A stretch of DNA of 64,000 nucleotides from a virus (IMGVR_UViG_2558860244_000005:1-64000); one strand, 5' to 3'; shown: positions 1 to 8,836, counted from the stretch's first letter. Numbers and translations: made by a program. Notes: generated from the sequence alone by a model not told the origin.

Positions 1-375
1 CACGTGCCCCGGATACTCGGGCCGCAGCCGGATGCACGATCCGTCATGGAGCCAGAGCCTTCCGCGCTTCGGCTGCTTTTGCGGCACCTTGAGCCCCTCG
101 CGGCGCCAGATGCGCTCGACCCGCTTACGGTTCACATGCCACCCCGCATCGCGCAGCAGGGCGGTCACCCGGCGATAGCCGTAACGACCATATTGCCGGG
201 CGAGAGCGATGATGTCCTCCGTCAGTGCGGCTTCGTCGTCCGCCCCGCGTGGCGCCTTGCGCTGCGTCGATCGATGCTGCCCGAGCACACGGCACACCCG
301 CCGCTCGGAGACAGCCATGATCCCTCGGATGTGGTCGACACAGCGGCGGCGCCTGGCGGGGCTCAATAGTTTCCC
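1..375 (-). CDS. IS3 transposase OrfB N-terminus (partial, -1 frame)
   Basis: Manual translation: LLSPARRRRCVDHIR...SERRVCRVLGQHRSTQR...YGRYGYRRVTALL...LRPEYPGHV; not in the ORF track. Confidence 0.88.
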
Positions 376-638
376 CGCGCCGCCTCCTGCAGGATCATTT
401 TATCGAGCGTCAGATCCGACACCGCCTGCCGGAGCCGGGCGTTCTCTCGCTCGAGATCCTTCATCCGCCGTGCCTGATCCATCTTCAGCCCGCCGTACTC
501 CTTGCGCCAGCGGTAATAGCTCTGTTCGGTGACGCCGATCCGCCGGCAGGCGTCGGCCACCGTCCCGCCCTGCGCCAACACGATCTCCGCCTCACGCAGC
601 TTGCCGATGATCTCCTCAGGCTTGTGCTTCCGAGCCAT
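363..638 (-). CDS. IS3 transposase OrfA (HTH)
   Basis: MARKHKPEEIIGKLREAE...YYRWRKEYGGLKMDQARRMKDLERENARL is a typical IS3 OrfA. Confidence 0.93.
   Translation of the reverse strand: MARKHKPEEIIGKLREAEIVLAQGGTVADACRRIGVTEQSYYRWRKEYGGLKMDQARRMKDLERENARLRQAVSDLTLDKMILQEAARGNY
369..375 (-). other. -1 programmed frameshift heptamer G GGA AAC (orfA/orfB)
   Basis: X XXY YYZ motif in the orfA frame, two codons before its stop. Confidence 0.7.
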
Positions 639-701
639 TCCATTCCTCCTTCGTGGTCAAGACTACGATAGTCGATGGGCCACTCAGAAGGGGGCAGATC
701 A

Positions 702-1292
702 ATTGCCCGGACCCACGCAGCTACTACATCGACGAGATCGAGGAACGGGTGCTCAGTCTTTTGCGGCGTGAACTTCAGCAGCCGAACGCGATCCGCGACT
801 TCCTCGAAACATACGAGGCGGAAATGAAGCGGCTGCGGATGTCATCAACCACCCAACGGGCATCACTTGAAGCGGAATTGACGAAAGCGTCCGCACGAGC
901 CGAGCGGCTCAATAATCTGCTCATGGATGGCCTTTGCGATCCCGTTCGCACCCAACCGGAACTGCGGGCCACGCTGGCGCATGAACGCGATCTACGGGAG
1001 CGGCTGGCGGCGATAGCAACTCCCAGCGTCGTCGTGCTTCATCCCGGCGCGCGTGAACGCTATCTCACTGCCGTTGCCCGCCTTCATGAAACACTTGGCG
1101 GCGATGGCGAAACCGAAGCAGCCAAGGTAGTGCGCGAGGTGATCGAGAAGGTCGTGCTCCACCCGGCTGGCGCGTCCCGCAACCGACACACGCCGCCGCC
1201 GAAGATCGAGATCATCGGCCGTCTTGAAGCCTTGATCGGCCAGCGCTTCCTGATGCCACCTGCTGTCGGGGGGATGAATGGTAGCGGAGGAG
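702..1292 (+). pseudogene. C-terminal remnant of a large serine recombinase, interrupted by IS3
   Basis: CPDPRSYYIDEIEERVL...VVVLHPGARERY...IEKVVLHP...IIGRLEAL resembles the C-terminus of the integrase at 37454-39076; ends at the 14-bp att core. Confidence 0.8.
1279..1292 (+). repeat. att core TGGTAGCGGAGGAG (left junction of the P2-like prophage)
   Basis: Identical to 39033-39046; reverse complement of the last 14 nt of tRNA-Met. Confidence 0.8.
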
Positions 1293-1540
1293 CGCTCTGG
1301 CTTGGAACAGACCCTTCGTCTCATCCGGCTGTAGCGAAGTTCCAGATTTTACAGCGCAAGGCGGCATCAACAGGGCGCAAAGCCACCGTCAATGCCAACG
1401 ATCCATTTATGAAATTTCAGTTTTTTCAGGGGGCCTCCCGGTCTTATTCTGAACCGGACCAGAACTTGCCATGTGTGCATGCACCCATTTTACGGATGGG
1501 CGGCGTGAGAACGGCCGCCACCCAACCGAAAAGCGCTGAA

Positions 1541-2383
1541 TTATCTGAAGAATGGCTTCGCTTCGACAGAATGCTTGGCGAAGTTGATTACATCCTGATT
1601 CACATAGCTGCCGTCCCGAACGTCGATCACCTTAAACGGGAGCGCGTCGAGATCTTTCCGCGCCACGTCAAAAGCCTCCATCGTCGAAATGTCAGCCCCA
1701 GCAGGGGGAGGCTCAACCGCTAACAGCACATTTCCTGGCGATATACGACGGCGGTCGAGAAGAAGACCTAATCGCCTGCGCCAATGAGCCCCATGATCGA
1801 GCACGCTCATGGGAGATTTCTGAGAGAACGCCAACGGTTTGATCGCTCTCAACTCCGCGCCTTGATATGCTAGCGGGAAACTTACGGGAACTACATCGTC
1901 ATTCAGCTTCACAGACTTAAAGTAATTGATTCCTGCACGACGCAATTCACGCCGAATGTCTTTGACCAAAGACTCCTCGCGTGAATAAGTGACATTTTCC
2001 CTCTTAACAAACCTGTCGTAAAATTTCTCAACTATTTCCTCGAGGTCCATGTCATGTTCGGTAACTCGCGGATTGCTGAACAAAACACTCGATTCGCGGC
2101 GGCGAGTAACATCATTGAATATTGCCAACCCATCCATAGTAGAAAATGTCGGCAGGTATTCGGCGGCCCGACCTAACTCGATTTGCAAGTAAGAAATCAC
2201 GTCATCATATGCATCGTATGCAAGCTGGTCAAAAAATTGACGAATGCGCGTAAACCGACGCGGGGCAAGTTTGTAGCCTATCTTGCCATCCATCACGCGC
2301 GTGACGATAACACCGATATTCGCGAACTCTTCCGTCTCAGCGAATGGCCGAAATCGGATTACGGAATATTTAAAGACGCTCAC
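1541..2383 (-). CDS. DUF3037-like protein
   Basis: N-terminus FKYSVIRFRPFAETEEFANIGVI matches the DUF3037 pattern; 4-bp overlap with the upstream kinase; AT-richer than flanks. Confidence 0.72.
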   Translation of the reverse strand: MSVFKYSVIRFRPFAETEEFANIGVIVTRVMDGKIGYKLAPRRFTRIRQFFDQLAYDAYDDVISYLQIELGRAAEYLPTFSTMDGLAIFNDVTRRRESSVLFSNPRVTEHDMDLEEIVEKFYDRFVKRENVTYSREESLVKDIRRELRRAGINYFKSVKLNDDVVPVSFPLAYQGAELRAIKPLAFSQKSPMSVLDHGAHWRRRLGLLLDRRRISPGNVLLAVEPPPAGADISTMEAFDVARKDLDALPFKVIDVRDGSYVNQDVINFAKHSVEAKPFFR

Positions 2384-3114
2384 GCGAGTTCATCCCAAAA
2401 TTCATTACCGCTAACGCGGTCAAGCGTTTCTAACGCATGATCGATCAAATCTGGTTCCTGCTCAAGCCACTCATCTGGCAAGCAATCCGCCACGACGTTC
2501 AGTTCGTCTTTAGCACGCAGCATACGCTCCCGAAGGCCGAATGAGAACTCTTTCCGCCGATCTAACGATCGCCATGATTGATGGCCAACATGAAGAGGTA
2601 GATCTGCCACAGCATATGTCGCTGAGAATGCTAAATTATGATCGATTACGACAAGCTCTTTTGTGGCTAAATTGACCAATAGATTAACATTACCACCATG
2701 GTCTGTCAGTGTCCTGTCGTCATTTCTAATCCAATGATCGAAAACATAGACGCTGGCAAGAAGTGAGGCGGGAAAGTCTTGGCGCATCACAATCAGAAAA
2801 TCGCTGATCGGCTCTTTCCATAAGGAGGCGAAGCTTGGCTCACTGCCGATTCGACGGACGGTCGCATCGTAAGCACCTTGAGCAACCATTGCAGGTGACA
2901 GCGATGCGATTGCGAAGTCGGGTATTGGGAGACCGATTGAGCGCCCAAGGACTGCACAGAGAACCTCAGAAATTTTACCCCGAGCAAGCGCTCCCTTGCC
3001 TTTCACACAATACGTATTGTCATCATCGAGCACGCATAAAACAGGCTCGGTCATGCCGCTCTCAATGGGCCGGACAATCTCCGTGATGCGGTGATGATCT
3101 AAATCGAGGCTCAT
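2380..3114 (-). CDS. HipA-like (HipA_2-type) protein kinase
   Basis: SGMTEP loop, YCVKG lysine, catalytic FDHWIRNDDR...N, VIDHNLAF. Confidence 0.85.
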   Translation of the reverse strand: MSLDLDHHRITEIVRPIESGMTEPVLCVLDDDNTYCVKGKGALARGKISEVLCAVLGRSIGLPIPDFAIASLSPAMVAQGAYDATVRRIGSEPSFASLWKEPISDFLIVMRQDFPASLLASVYVFDHWIRNDDRTLTDHGGNVNLLVNLATKELVVIDHNLAFSATYAVADLPLHVGHQSWRSLDRRKEFSFGLRERMLRAKDELNVVADCLPDEWLEQEPDLIDHALETLDRVSGNEFWDELA

Positions 3115-3210
3115 TAGGCCTCGCTAGCATCGATTGATACGGTCCGGGAGGTCTCATGCCATCTAAATAGGATTTTGTTCTTCGAGCTTGACGTGGGGGG
3201 GGTGCCGGAA

Positions 3211-3460
3211 AAAACGTAACATACGTAACCTTGGCGCAAATCCGCCGTTTTTCGCGTAACCGAAAGCGTAACATCAAGGTAACGAGATTACATTTTCAGA
3301 ATGTAACTTTTAGGATCACGAAACCCTAGGATTTCTGCGGCTGTTACATTTTCAGGCGGGAAAGGTTGCAGCCGATTACACCGCCGACGTAATCCGAAAA
3401 ACGCCGGCTTTCTGCGGGTTTCAGGCCGGAGTATCGTTCGCGATTACAGATGTTACGCTT
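3211..3460. repeat. Cluster of GTAAC/GTTAC/GATTAC short repeats, putative replication origin
   Basis: GTAAC at 3216, 3225, 3256, 3268, 3279, 3303; inverted GTTAC at 3343, 3452; GATTAC at 3286, 3374, 3442; non-coding. Confidence 0.5.
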
Positions 3461-3622
3461 TCCCGCCCCCTCCCTCAGCAGTCCACGCCTCCAACAAGCA
3501 TTTTCTCGATCGACGACCGCTTCTTGATAGGCATGTCAGCTGCATCAAAGTGCATCAGCCCCCGCCCCCTCGCCATCGCCACCCGGCCTAGGAAGCCAGC
3601 CATTTTCCCAGCTGCGCCGATG

Positions 3623-3675
3623 TGCATCAAAACCGACACGAAAAGTGCGCGGGCGAGGCGGGGGGAAAAGCGCGC
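3623..3675 (+). other. P2-type cos region
   Basis: TGCATCAAAACCG-N15-GGGCGAGGCGGGGGGAAAAGCGCGC resembles the P2 cohesive end GGCGAGGCGGGGAAAGCAC; lies downstream of the portal gene as in P2. Confidence 0.65.
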
Positions 3676-3791
3676 TTTGAGGGGGTGCCACTCCGTGTCG
3701 CGGCCGCGCAATATTGTTACCTCACCGAAGCTGCGAGGTCGAACAGCGTCGGACGATTGACGGGTCGTCGAGCCGGGCGCACGATGCCCAC

Positions 3792-4445
3792 ATGTGCAAC
3801 TTGTACCGGATGACAGCGCCTGCGGAGGCGGTCGCGGGATTGTTCCGAGCGAGTACCGGAACCGCGCCGAACTTCGCGGCCGAGGTCTACCCCGGCTATC
3901 CCGGCCTTGTCGTTGCCGATGGCGCAATCCGAGCCATGAACTGGGGTTTCCCCCTCGTGCTCAAGAGCAAGAAGACCGGCGCGCCGCTCAAGCCAAAGCC
4001 GGTGAACAACACCCGCGAGGACAAGCTGCACACCGGCTTCTGGATCGACAGCTTCCGCAAACGGCGGTGCCTGATCCCTGTCACCGCCTGGGCAGAGGCC
4101 GAGGGCACGAAAGGCGCGATGACGCGGACGTGGTACTCGCTGCCCGATCAGGATCTATTCGCCGTCGCGGGCGTGTGGCGCCCTACCGCCGAGTGGGGCG
4201 ACGCCTACTCCATGGTCATGGTGGATGGATGCGAGCAGATGGCCGACGTGCATGACCGCATGCCGACCATTCTCGCCCGAGAGAATTGGGAACGCTGGAC
4301 AAACGGCGATCCGGACGAGGCCTTCGCGCTGTGCCGCATCTATGACGCCCCGCTGGTGGTCGATCGCACGGACGATCCTTGGTTCAAGAGAGCCAGCCCA
4401 CCACCTGCCCCACAAACGCCGTCGCCATCAGCAACGCTACTATGA
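3792..4445 (+). CDS. SOS response-associated peptidase (SRAP/HMCES/YedK family), copy 1
   Basis: MCNLY with catalytic Cys2, RRCLIP, conserved Glu (AWAEAEG), VHDRMP; start reassigned to ATG 3792. Confidence 0.92.
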   Translation: MCNLYRMTAPAEAVAGLFRASTGTAPNFAAEVYPGYPGLVVADGAIRAMNWGFPLVLKSKKTGAPLKPKPVNNTREDKLHTGFWIDSFRKRRCLIPVTAWAEAEGTKGAMTRTWYSLPDQDLFAVAGVWRPTAEWGDAYSMVMVDGCEQMADVHDRMPTILARENWERWTNGDPDEAFALCRIYDAPLVVDRTDDPWFKRASPPPAPQTPSPSATLL

Positions 4446-4543
4446 TCATCTCGGCCTGTTTCAGCATTGGCCGCTGATCGTCTGCGATCGGCCGGTAGGC
4501 AACGCCGGATGGATCCATGCTGGACCCAACAACCGGACGCGCC

Positions 4544-4924
4544 TCAATAGCTCAGCCAATCGAGTTCCGCCTCGTCCAACGCCTCGAACATATCGCCTTC
4601 CGCCTGGCCGACACGCAGGCGCTGACGGACTGCCTCAGGATCACCGTCCTTGGGAAAGCCGCGATCGGCCATGGCACACTTGGCCAGTTCGCCGACCAGC
4701 CCTCCGCGCCCAACCTGCATGAGCAACCAGCGGCCGAATGCCCCGCGCTCTGCGGGCGATGCCGTGCGCCCACTTGGCCGCAGGCGCGGATCGGGTGGTG
4801 CAGGCACGAAAGCCCGGTAATCTGGCCCTTTCGTGAAATCGAGAAAGGAGCCCCTGCCCCCGGCGATCCTGCTGACTTCCCTACGTAAGTCGTCGAGCGT
4901 TGGCGTGGTGGGCTTCTGTTCCAT
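4544..4924 (-). CDS. YozE/SAM-like domain protein, copy 1
   Basis: FGRWLLMQ...GELAKCAMADRGFP...EALDEAELDW; homologous to 41930-42295. Confidence 0.72.
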   Translation of the reverse strand: MEQKPTTPTLDDLRREVSRIAGGRGSFLDFTKGPDYRAFVPAPPDPRLRPSGRTASPAERGAFGRWLLMQVGRGGLVGELAKCAMADRGFPKDGDPEAVRQRLRVGQAEGDMFEALDEAELDWLSY

Positions 4925-4964
4925 GGCAATCCTCGCTGTCGAATCGGTAGCGGAAGCCTATCAT

Positions 4965-4979
4965 GTTCTCTATATGTTC
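4965..4979 (+). promoter_or_regulatory. Alphaproteobacterial LexA box GTTC-N7-GTTC
   Basis: GTTC TCTATAT GTTC in the divergent intergenic region between the YozE-like gene and the 57-aa ORF. Confidence 0.7.
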
Positions 4980-5021
4980 GCACCATGAGTCGGCGCTTGC
5001 GAGCGCGCAGGAGGACAACAG

Positions 5022-5195
5022 ATGGAACAAATCAAGGAAATCCGCCGGGCGGTGGCGAAGGCGCTGGAGACACGAGGTCTCGATAACCGGGAGTTCCTGC
5101 GGCAGATCCGCGCAGGAGAGCAGGACGACGGCCCTTACATGACCGGCGCGCTCGCCTGTGCTGCGATGATGACGAAGCAGCCCGCGCGCAGCTGA
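5022..5195 (+). CDS. 57-aa hypothetical protein
   Basis: RBS GGAGG upstream; MEQIKEIRRAVAKALETRGLDNREFLRQIRAGEQDDGPYMTGALACAAMMTKQPARS; below the ORF-track cutoff. Confidence 0.6.
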   Translation: MEQIKEIRRAVAKALETRGLDNREFLRQIRAGEQDDGPYMTGALACAAMMTKQPARS

Positions 5196-5199
5196 TGCC

Positions 5200-5520
5200 G
5201 TGCGCTATGTAGATGGCCTGCGGATCCCAACGCTGCTTTTCGAGGCCGCTGCCTGGCAATACTCGATCAAGGTTACATGCGCGTGCGGACGATCGGCGGT
5301 CTTCGATCCCCACGCGCTGTGGCATCGGTTCCAGCGCTCCCGGTGGGACGAGACCTTCGCTAAGGCGCGCGATCGCTTCTATTGCCGTGAGTGCTGGCGC
5401 ACAAAATGCCGCAAGCTGCGGCCGGTGAAGTTCGAGACCTGCCGCGAAGAGCCGACCGTGCGCCTGCCGATGCCGGACGAGCGGGAATGGAAACGCGCGA
5501 TCAATCGATTCCGAGGGTAG
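5200..5520 (+). CDS. Small Zn-finger protein (CxC...CxxC), copy 1
   Basis: CACG...FDPHALWHRF...CREC...EWKRAINRFRG; homologous to 42321-42662. Confidence 0.7.
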   Translation: MRYVDGLRIPTLLFEAAAWQYSIKVTCACGRSAVFDPHALWHRFQRSRWDETFAKARDRFYCRECWRTKCRKLRPVKFETCREEPTVRLPMPDEREWKRAINRFRG

Positions 5521-5527
5521 GCACGTC

Positions 5528-5818
5528 TCAGGCTTGGGTCATGATCGCGGCCAGCCCGCAAGTCACCGCGATCGGACCAATCCAGTCGAGCCATTGATCG
5601 AGTTTCGGCCAAACACGCATATCGAATACACCCCACCATGGCAGGTTCCGGCGAAGGCCGCCGCCGAACCGCTCGATCCAGCGGTACTCCGCCTGCGCAG
5701 CTTCCCGCCCGATGAAGTAGGCCGACGCAATCAAGGCACCGGCCCACCAATTATGAAATGCCAGACCGATCGCCACCTGAAGAACCAGCGCCATGGCTGG
5801 GTGCTGAAGATATTGCAT
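5528..5818 (-). CDS. Hypothetical membrane protein
   Basis: Hydrophobic N- and C-terminal segments; co-oriented behind the portal gene. Confidence 0.6.
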   Translation of the reverse strand: MQYLQHPAMALVLQVAIGLAFHNWWAGALIASAYFIGREAAQAEYRWIERFGGGLRRNLPWWGVFDMRVWPKLDQWLDWIGPIAVTCGLAAIMTQA

Positions 5819-5857
5819 GATGGCATAACCTGTCGAAGAGCAGGAGGATCCGGGCGA

Positions 5858-6913
5858 TCAGGCGACTGCCTTCACCCGCTTCCTAAAGCGCACGACCTCG
5901 GCGCCCACGGCATCGTTCAATTCCAGAAACACCGACTGCAGCGGCTCGATCTCCAGTTCGAAGAACGCATCGGTCGCCTTCGTCACATCCCCGAAGCCCC
6001 CGGCATTGGCGGGCACAATGCCCAGCAGCTGGGGCGGCACTCGGTGCGCGGCCAGTACGTCGTCGCGCGTCGTGTTCTTGATCCCGAGAAACTCGTCCTT
6101 TGCGCCCGCCTCCGCAATCGACTTGATCTGGATCCCGGTATCCTTGCCGTTCGGCGAGTGGACGAACAGGTTTCGGAAATTCCCCGGCCCCTTCGATCGC
6201 TTCAGGGCATCGCGCATCTTGTCGACGTCGCCATCGGCAAACTCGCCGGTCACGTACATGATGTAGCCCGCGTGACTGCCGTTCTCGTAATAGCGACGGC
6301 GGAACAGCGTCGCGTTCTCGTTCAGCAGCGCCGACTGCAAGGCCGAGAGGTATTCCGGCAGGCCGTAAATTTCCTGATTCACGTCCGGCGCGATCAGCTG
6401 GTGAACCGTGCCCGGCGCGAACTCGACCTCGGGCTGATGGCCAGGCACCCACCAGAAATGCCCCGGCTCGACGCCGCGCCGGGTGTACTTGGCAAGCGCG
6501 TGGTCGAGTCGCAGCAGCCCGCCCAGGCGGTTGCGGGCCTCCTGCGCATAGGCGTTGCCCATCACCAGATAGTCCTGCGCCATGCCCTTGAATGCCGCGC
6601 GGCTGAGCCACTGGGTCGGTTCGAGGCTGGCGGCCAGCATGTTGCGCTTGAGGATGATCGCGCTGGAATGGTGCGGCGAGGCGCGGAACGCGCGGGCAAG
6701 GCCATGCAACGAGATCGGCGGCTCGTACCACCGCTGGTTGTGGTAGCATTCCAGCATGTCGAGCATCGTCGCCCGGCTGAGCACCGGCTCGGGATCCCCG
6801 AAGGTGAAGGCCTGCAATTCGCCGCGGTTGTCGTTGGCGGAGACGATCGCGCCTTGCGATGCCTCCGCCACTTCCTGTCGGCTCATATGGCGGGCACGGT
6901 TACGCTTGCTCAT
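5858..6913 (-). CDS. gpQ: Portal protein (P2 gpQ / PBSX family)
   Basis: AFTFGDPEPVL, HHSSAIILKRN, YGLPEYLSAL, FRRRYYENGSHAG. Confidence 0.95.
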   Translation of the reverse strand: MSKRNRARHMSRQEVAEASQGAIVSANDNRGELQAFTFGDPEPVLSRATMLDMLECYHNQRWYEPPISLHGLARAFRASPHHSSAIILKRNMLAASLEPTQWLSRAAFKGMAQDYLVMGNAYAQEARNRLGGLLRLDHALAKYTRRGVEPGHFWWVPGHQPEVEFAPGTVHQLIAPDVNQEIYGLPEYLSALQSALLNENATLFRRRYYENGSHAGYIMYVTGEFADGDVDKMRDALKRSKGPGNFRNLFVHSPNGKDTGIQIKSIAEAGAKDEFLGIKNTTRDDVLAAHRVPPQLLGIVPANAGGFGDVTKATDAFFELEIEPLQSVFLELNDAVGAEVVRFRKRVKAVA

Positions 6914-8763
6914 TCGATAATCTCCATCGTGCCCTTAGGCTTTTCCTTGCCGTCCAGCGGCTCATTCATGAGGATGTGCATGGTCGCCCAAGCCAAGTCG
7001 GCATGGCCATCGTCACCGCCGCGCCCGGCCTTAAAGGTCACGTTGCGCCCGCTGGTGGTCAGCGTCTTCTTGATCGAAACGAAGGCCGATACGATGTCGA
7101 GATAGCTGCTATCGAACGCCAGGCGCCCGCGCCGGATCACGTTCTGCGCTTTCATGATCATGCCCGCCTTCACTTCCAGCGAGTATTCGATCTTGGCGAC
7201 GGAACAGCCGGGCAGCGCGCCGGACTTAGCCAACAGCTGATAGACACCGGCGCCAACACCAGTCGCGTCAACGCCGAGGTACGTGCAGTTGTACCGGCCC
7301 AGCATGGCCTGGATGAATGCCGCCTGCTCTTCGAAGTCCTGGCCGCGCAGCGGGTGGCGTTCGAGGATACGGAACGTCCCGCCCTCCGACAGGGGCGGCG
7401 CCGCGATCACCAGCCCCGCGTTGTCGCCATTCTCACTCGACTGCGGATCATAGCCCGCCCAGACCACGCGATTGCCATAGGGCCGCGCGGCCTCCGGGTT
7501 GAAGTCCTCCCATTCGACTAGGCTGTCGCAGCCGCAGGCGATCAGATCGTTGAACTTGAAGGCGGACAGGCTGTCGTCGACGAACTCGCACATGTAGAGG
7601 TTCGCGAACTCGTCGGCGGCGTATTCGTCCTCAAGCTCTTCGATATCGAACAGGTCGCAGCCTGCGAGGTCCGCGTCGCGGATGTTGACGATGTGGCGCC
7701 ACACCCGATCCGGCCCGACGTTGCCAGCGGCAAGCGCCGCGTGGCTGACGTCGATCTCGATCCGGTCGGCCTTCTTCCGGCGCTTGTTGCGCCGCTCGCC
7801 GGTCCAGTACGGGTAGGCCGGGTGCGCGATGGTCGATGGCGTGGAGAAGTAGGTTTTCCGCCACTTCTTGTGCGTCGCCATACCTGAGGCGACCTTGTTC
7901 AATTCCTCGAATGAGTGGACCCAGAAGAATTCGTCGAAGTAGAAGTTGCCGCTACGGCCCTGCGCGGTGCGGAAGTTGGTGCCGAGGAAGTGCAGTTCGG
8001 CCCCGGCCTCTTCCGGCGGGCGCAGGTCGGACGTGATAACCATCGGGTCGCCCGCCAGCGATACGCCCACCAGCTTGGCGAAGCTGACGATGTAGGAGCG
8101 GAACTGGTGGGCCTGCGCCTTCGAGGCCGACAGGAAGATCTGGTTACGCCCGGTCTCGATCGCGTCCATCAGCGCTTCGAAGGCGAAGAAGTAGGTCGCG
8201 CCGATCTGGCGCGACTTCAGGATCATGCGGGTGCGCTGATCCTTCTCCTTCCACCAGCGCAGCTGATAGTCGAAGCACCCGTCGAGGAAGATGCGCTTGA
8301 GTTCCTCGGCCTGCTCTTCGGTGAAATGGTTCTTCTTCGGCGCCTTGCGCGGCCCGGCGTTGCGATTGCCGACCTTCTCGTTGAGGTCACCGCTATGGCC
8401 GCCCGGCTGTTCGAAGCGGCGGACGCGGGCGAGGCTCTCGATCGAGCGGTTGAGCGCATCCATCTCGACGAGGTCCGCGCTGGTCTTTTTCTCCTTCGCG
8501 ATCAGCGTCAGCAGCCGGATCTCGATGCCGTCCTCGATCTTCTTGATCGACGGCGCCTCGTCCCACTTGTCGCGTTGGCGCCACGATTCGATCGTCGGGC
8601 GCGGGATCGGTTTGCCCTGATCGTTCGTCACGCCGTGCAGTGCGAACTCGTCGGCGATCTGCGTCACGCCCCACCCGCGCCAGTAGAGGCTGCGCGCATG
8701 GCGACGCGGATCGAACTTCCATGCGGAAGCCAGCGGGTCGGGCAGGGTCGCGTTCGTGCTCAT
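6910..8763 (-). CDS. gpP: Terminase ATPase subunit (P2 gpP)
   Basis: LKSRQIGAT, YFDEFFW, FSTPS, GYDP, HADLAWA; start at 8763 chosen from spacing to the late-promoter site. Confidence 0.95.
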   Translation of the reverse strand: MSTNATLPDPLASAWKFDPRRHARSLYWRGWGVTQIADEFALHGVTNDQGKPIPRPTIESWRQRDKWDEAPSIKKIEDGIEIRLLTLIAKEKKTSADLVEMDALNRSIESLARVRRFEQPGGHSGDLNEKVGNRNAGPRKAPKKNHFTEEQAEELKRIFLDGCFDYQLRWWKEKDQRTRMILKSRQIGATYFFAFEALMDAIETGRNQIFLSASKAQAHQFRSYIVSFAKLVGVSLAGDPMVITSDLRPPEEAGAELHFLGTNFRTAQGRSGNFYFDEFFWVHSFEELNKVASGMATHKKWRKTYFSTPSTIAHPAYPYWTGERRNKRRKKADRIEIDVSHAALAAGNVGPDRVWRHIVNIRDADLAGCDLFDIEELEDEYAADEFANLYMCEFVDDSLSAFKFNDLIACGCDSLVEWEDFNPEAARPYGNRVVWAGYDPQSSENGDNAGLVIAAPPLSEGGTFRILERHPLRGQDFEEQAAFIQAMLGRYNCTYLGVDATGVGAGVYQLLAKSGALPGCSVAKIEYSLEVKAGMIMKAQNVIRRGRLAFDSSYLDIVSAFVSIKKTLTTSGRNVTFKAGRGGDDGHADLAWATMHILMNEPLDGKEKPKGTMEIIE

Positions 8764-8804
8764 GCCGGCGACCATGCCGCGCGTTTTCGCCGTCAATCAC
8801 CGCT

Positions 8805-8836
8805 ATCCATTTGGCCCAGCGGCAGACCAAATGGAT
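8805..8836. promoter_or_regulatory. Putative Ogr-type late-promoter activator site (P/O divergent)
   Basis: Perfect inverted repeat ATCCATTTGG-N12-CCAAATGGAT; related copies at 15869 and 22790. Confidence 0.65.

Larger units (their letters stand above)
1..701 (-). mobile_element. IS3-family insertion sequence (IS407-group-like), left part; continues beyond the left window edge
   Basis: Minus-strand terminal repeat TGATCTGCCCCCTTCTGAGTGGCCCA starts at 701, followed by orfA and overlapping -1 orfB. Confidence 0.92.

Noticed and set aside
653-1723. 356-aa ORF as an intact gene
   Set aside because: It is a chimera: IS3 end (653-701), recombinase C-terminus (702-1292), then read-through past att into prophage DNA antisense to DUF3037.
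3211-3460. CRISPR array or tandem repeat
   Set aside because: Repeats are only 5-6 bp, irregularly spaced and in both orientations; no cas genes in the window.
3714-3791. LexA box directly upstream of SRAP copy 1
   Set aside because: No GAAC-N7-GAAC or GTTC-N7-GTTC match found by eye; SOS control of this SRAP copy is not directly supported.
5534-7105. Long antisense ORFs (also 7915-8844, 9747-10853, 15858-17123, 33681-35540, 57675-59153 and others)
   Set aside because: Shadow frames of well-supported phage genes in high-GC DNA; no motifs or RBS.
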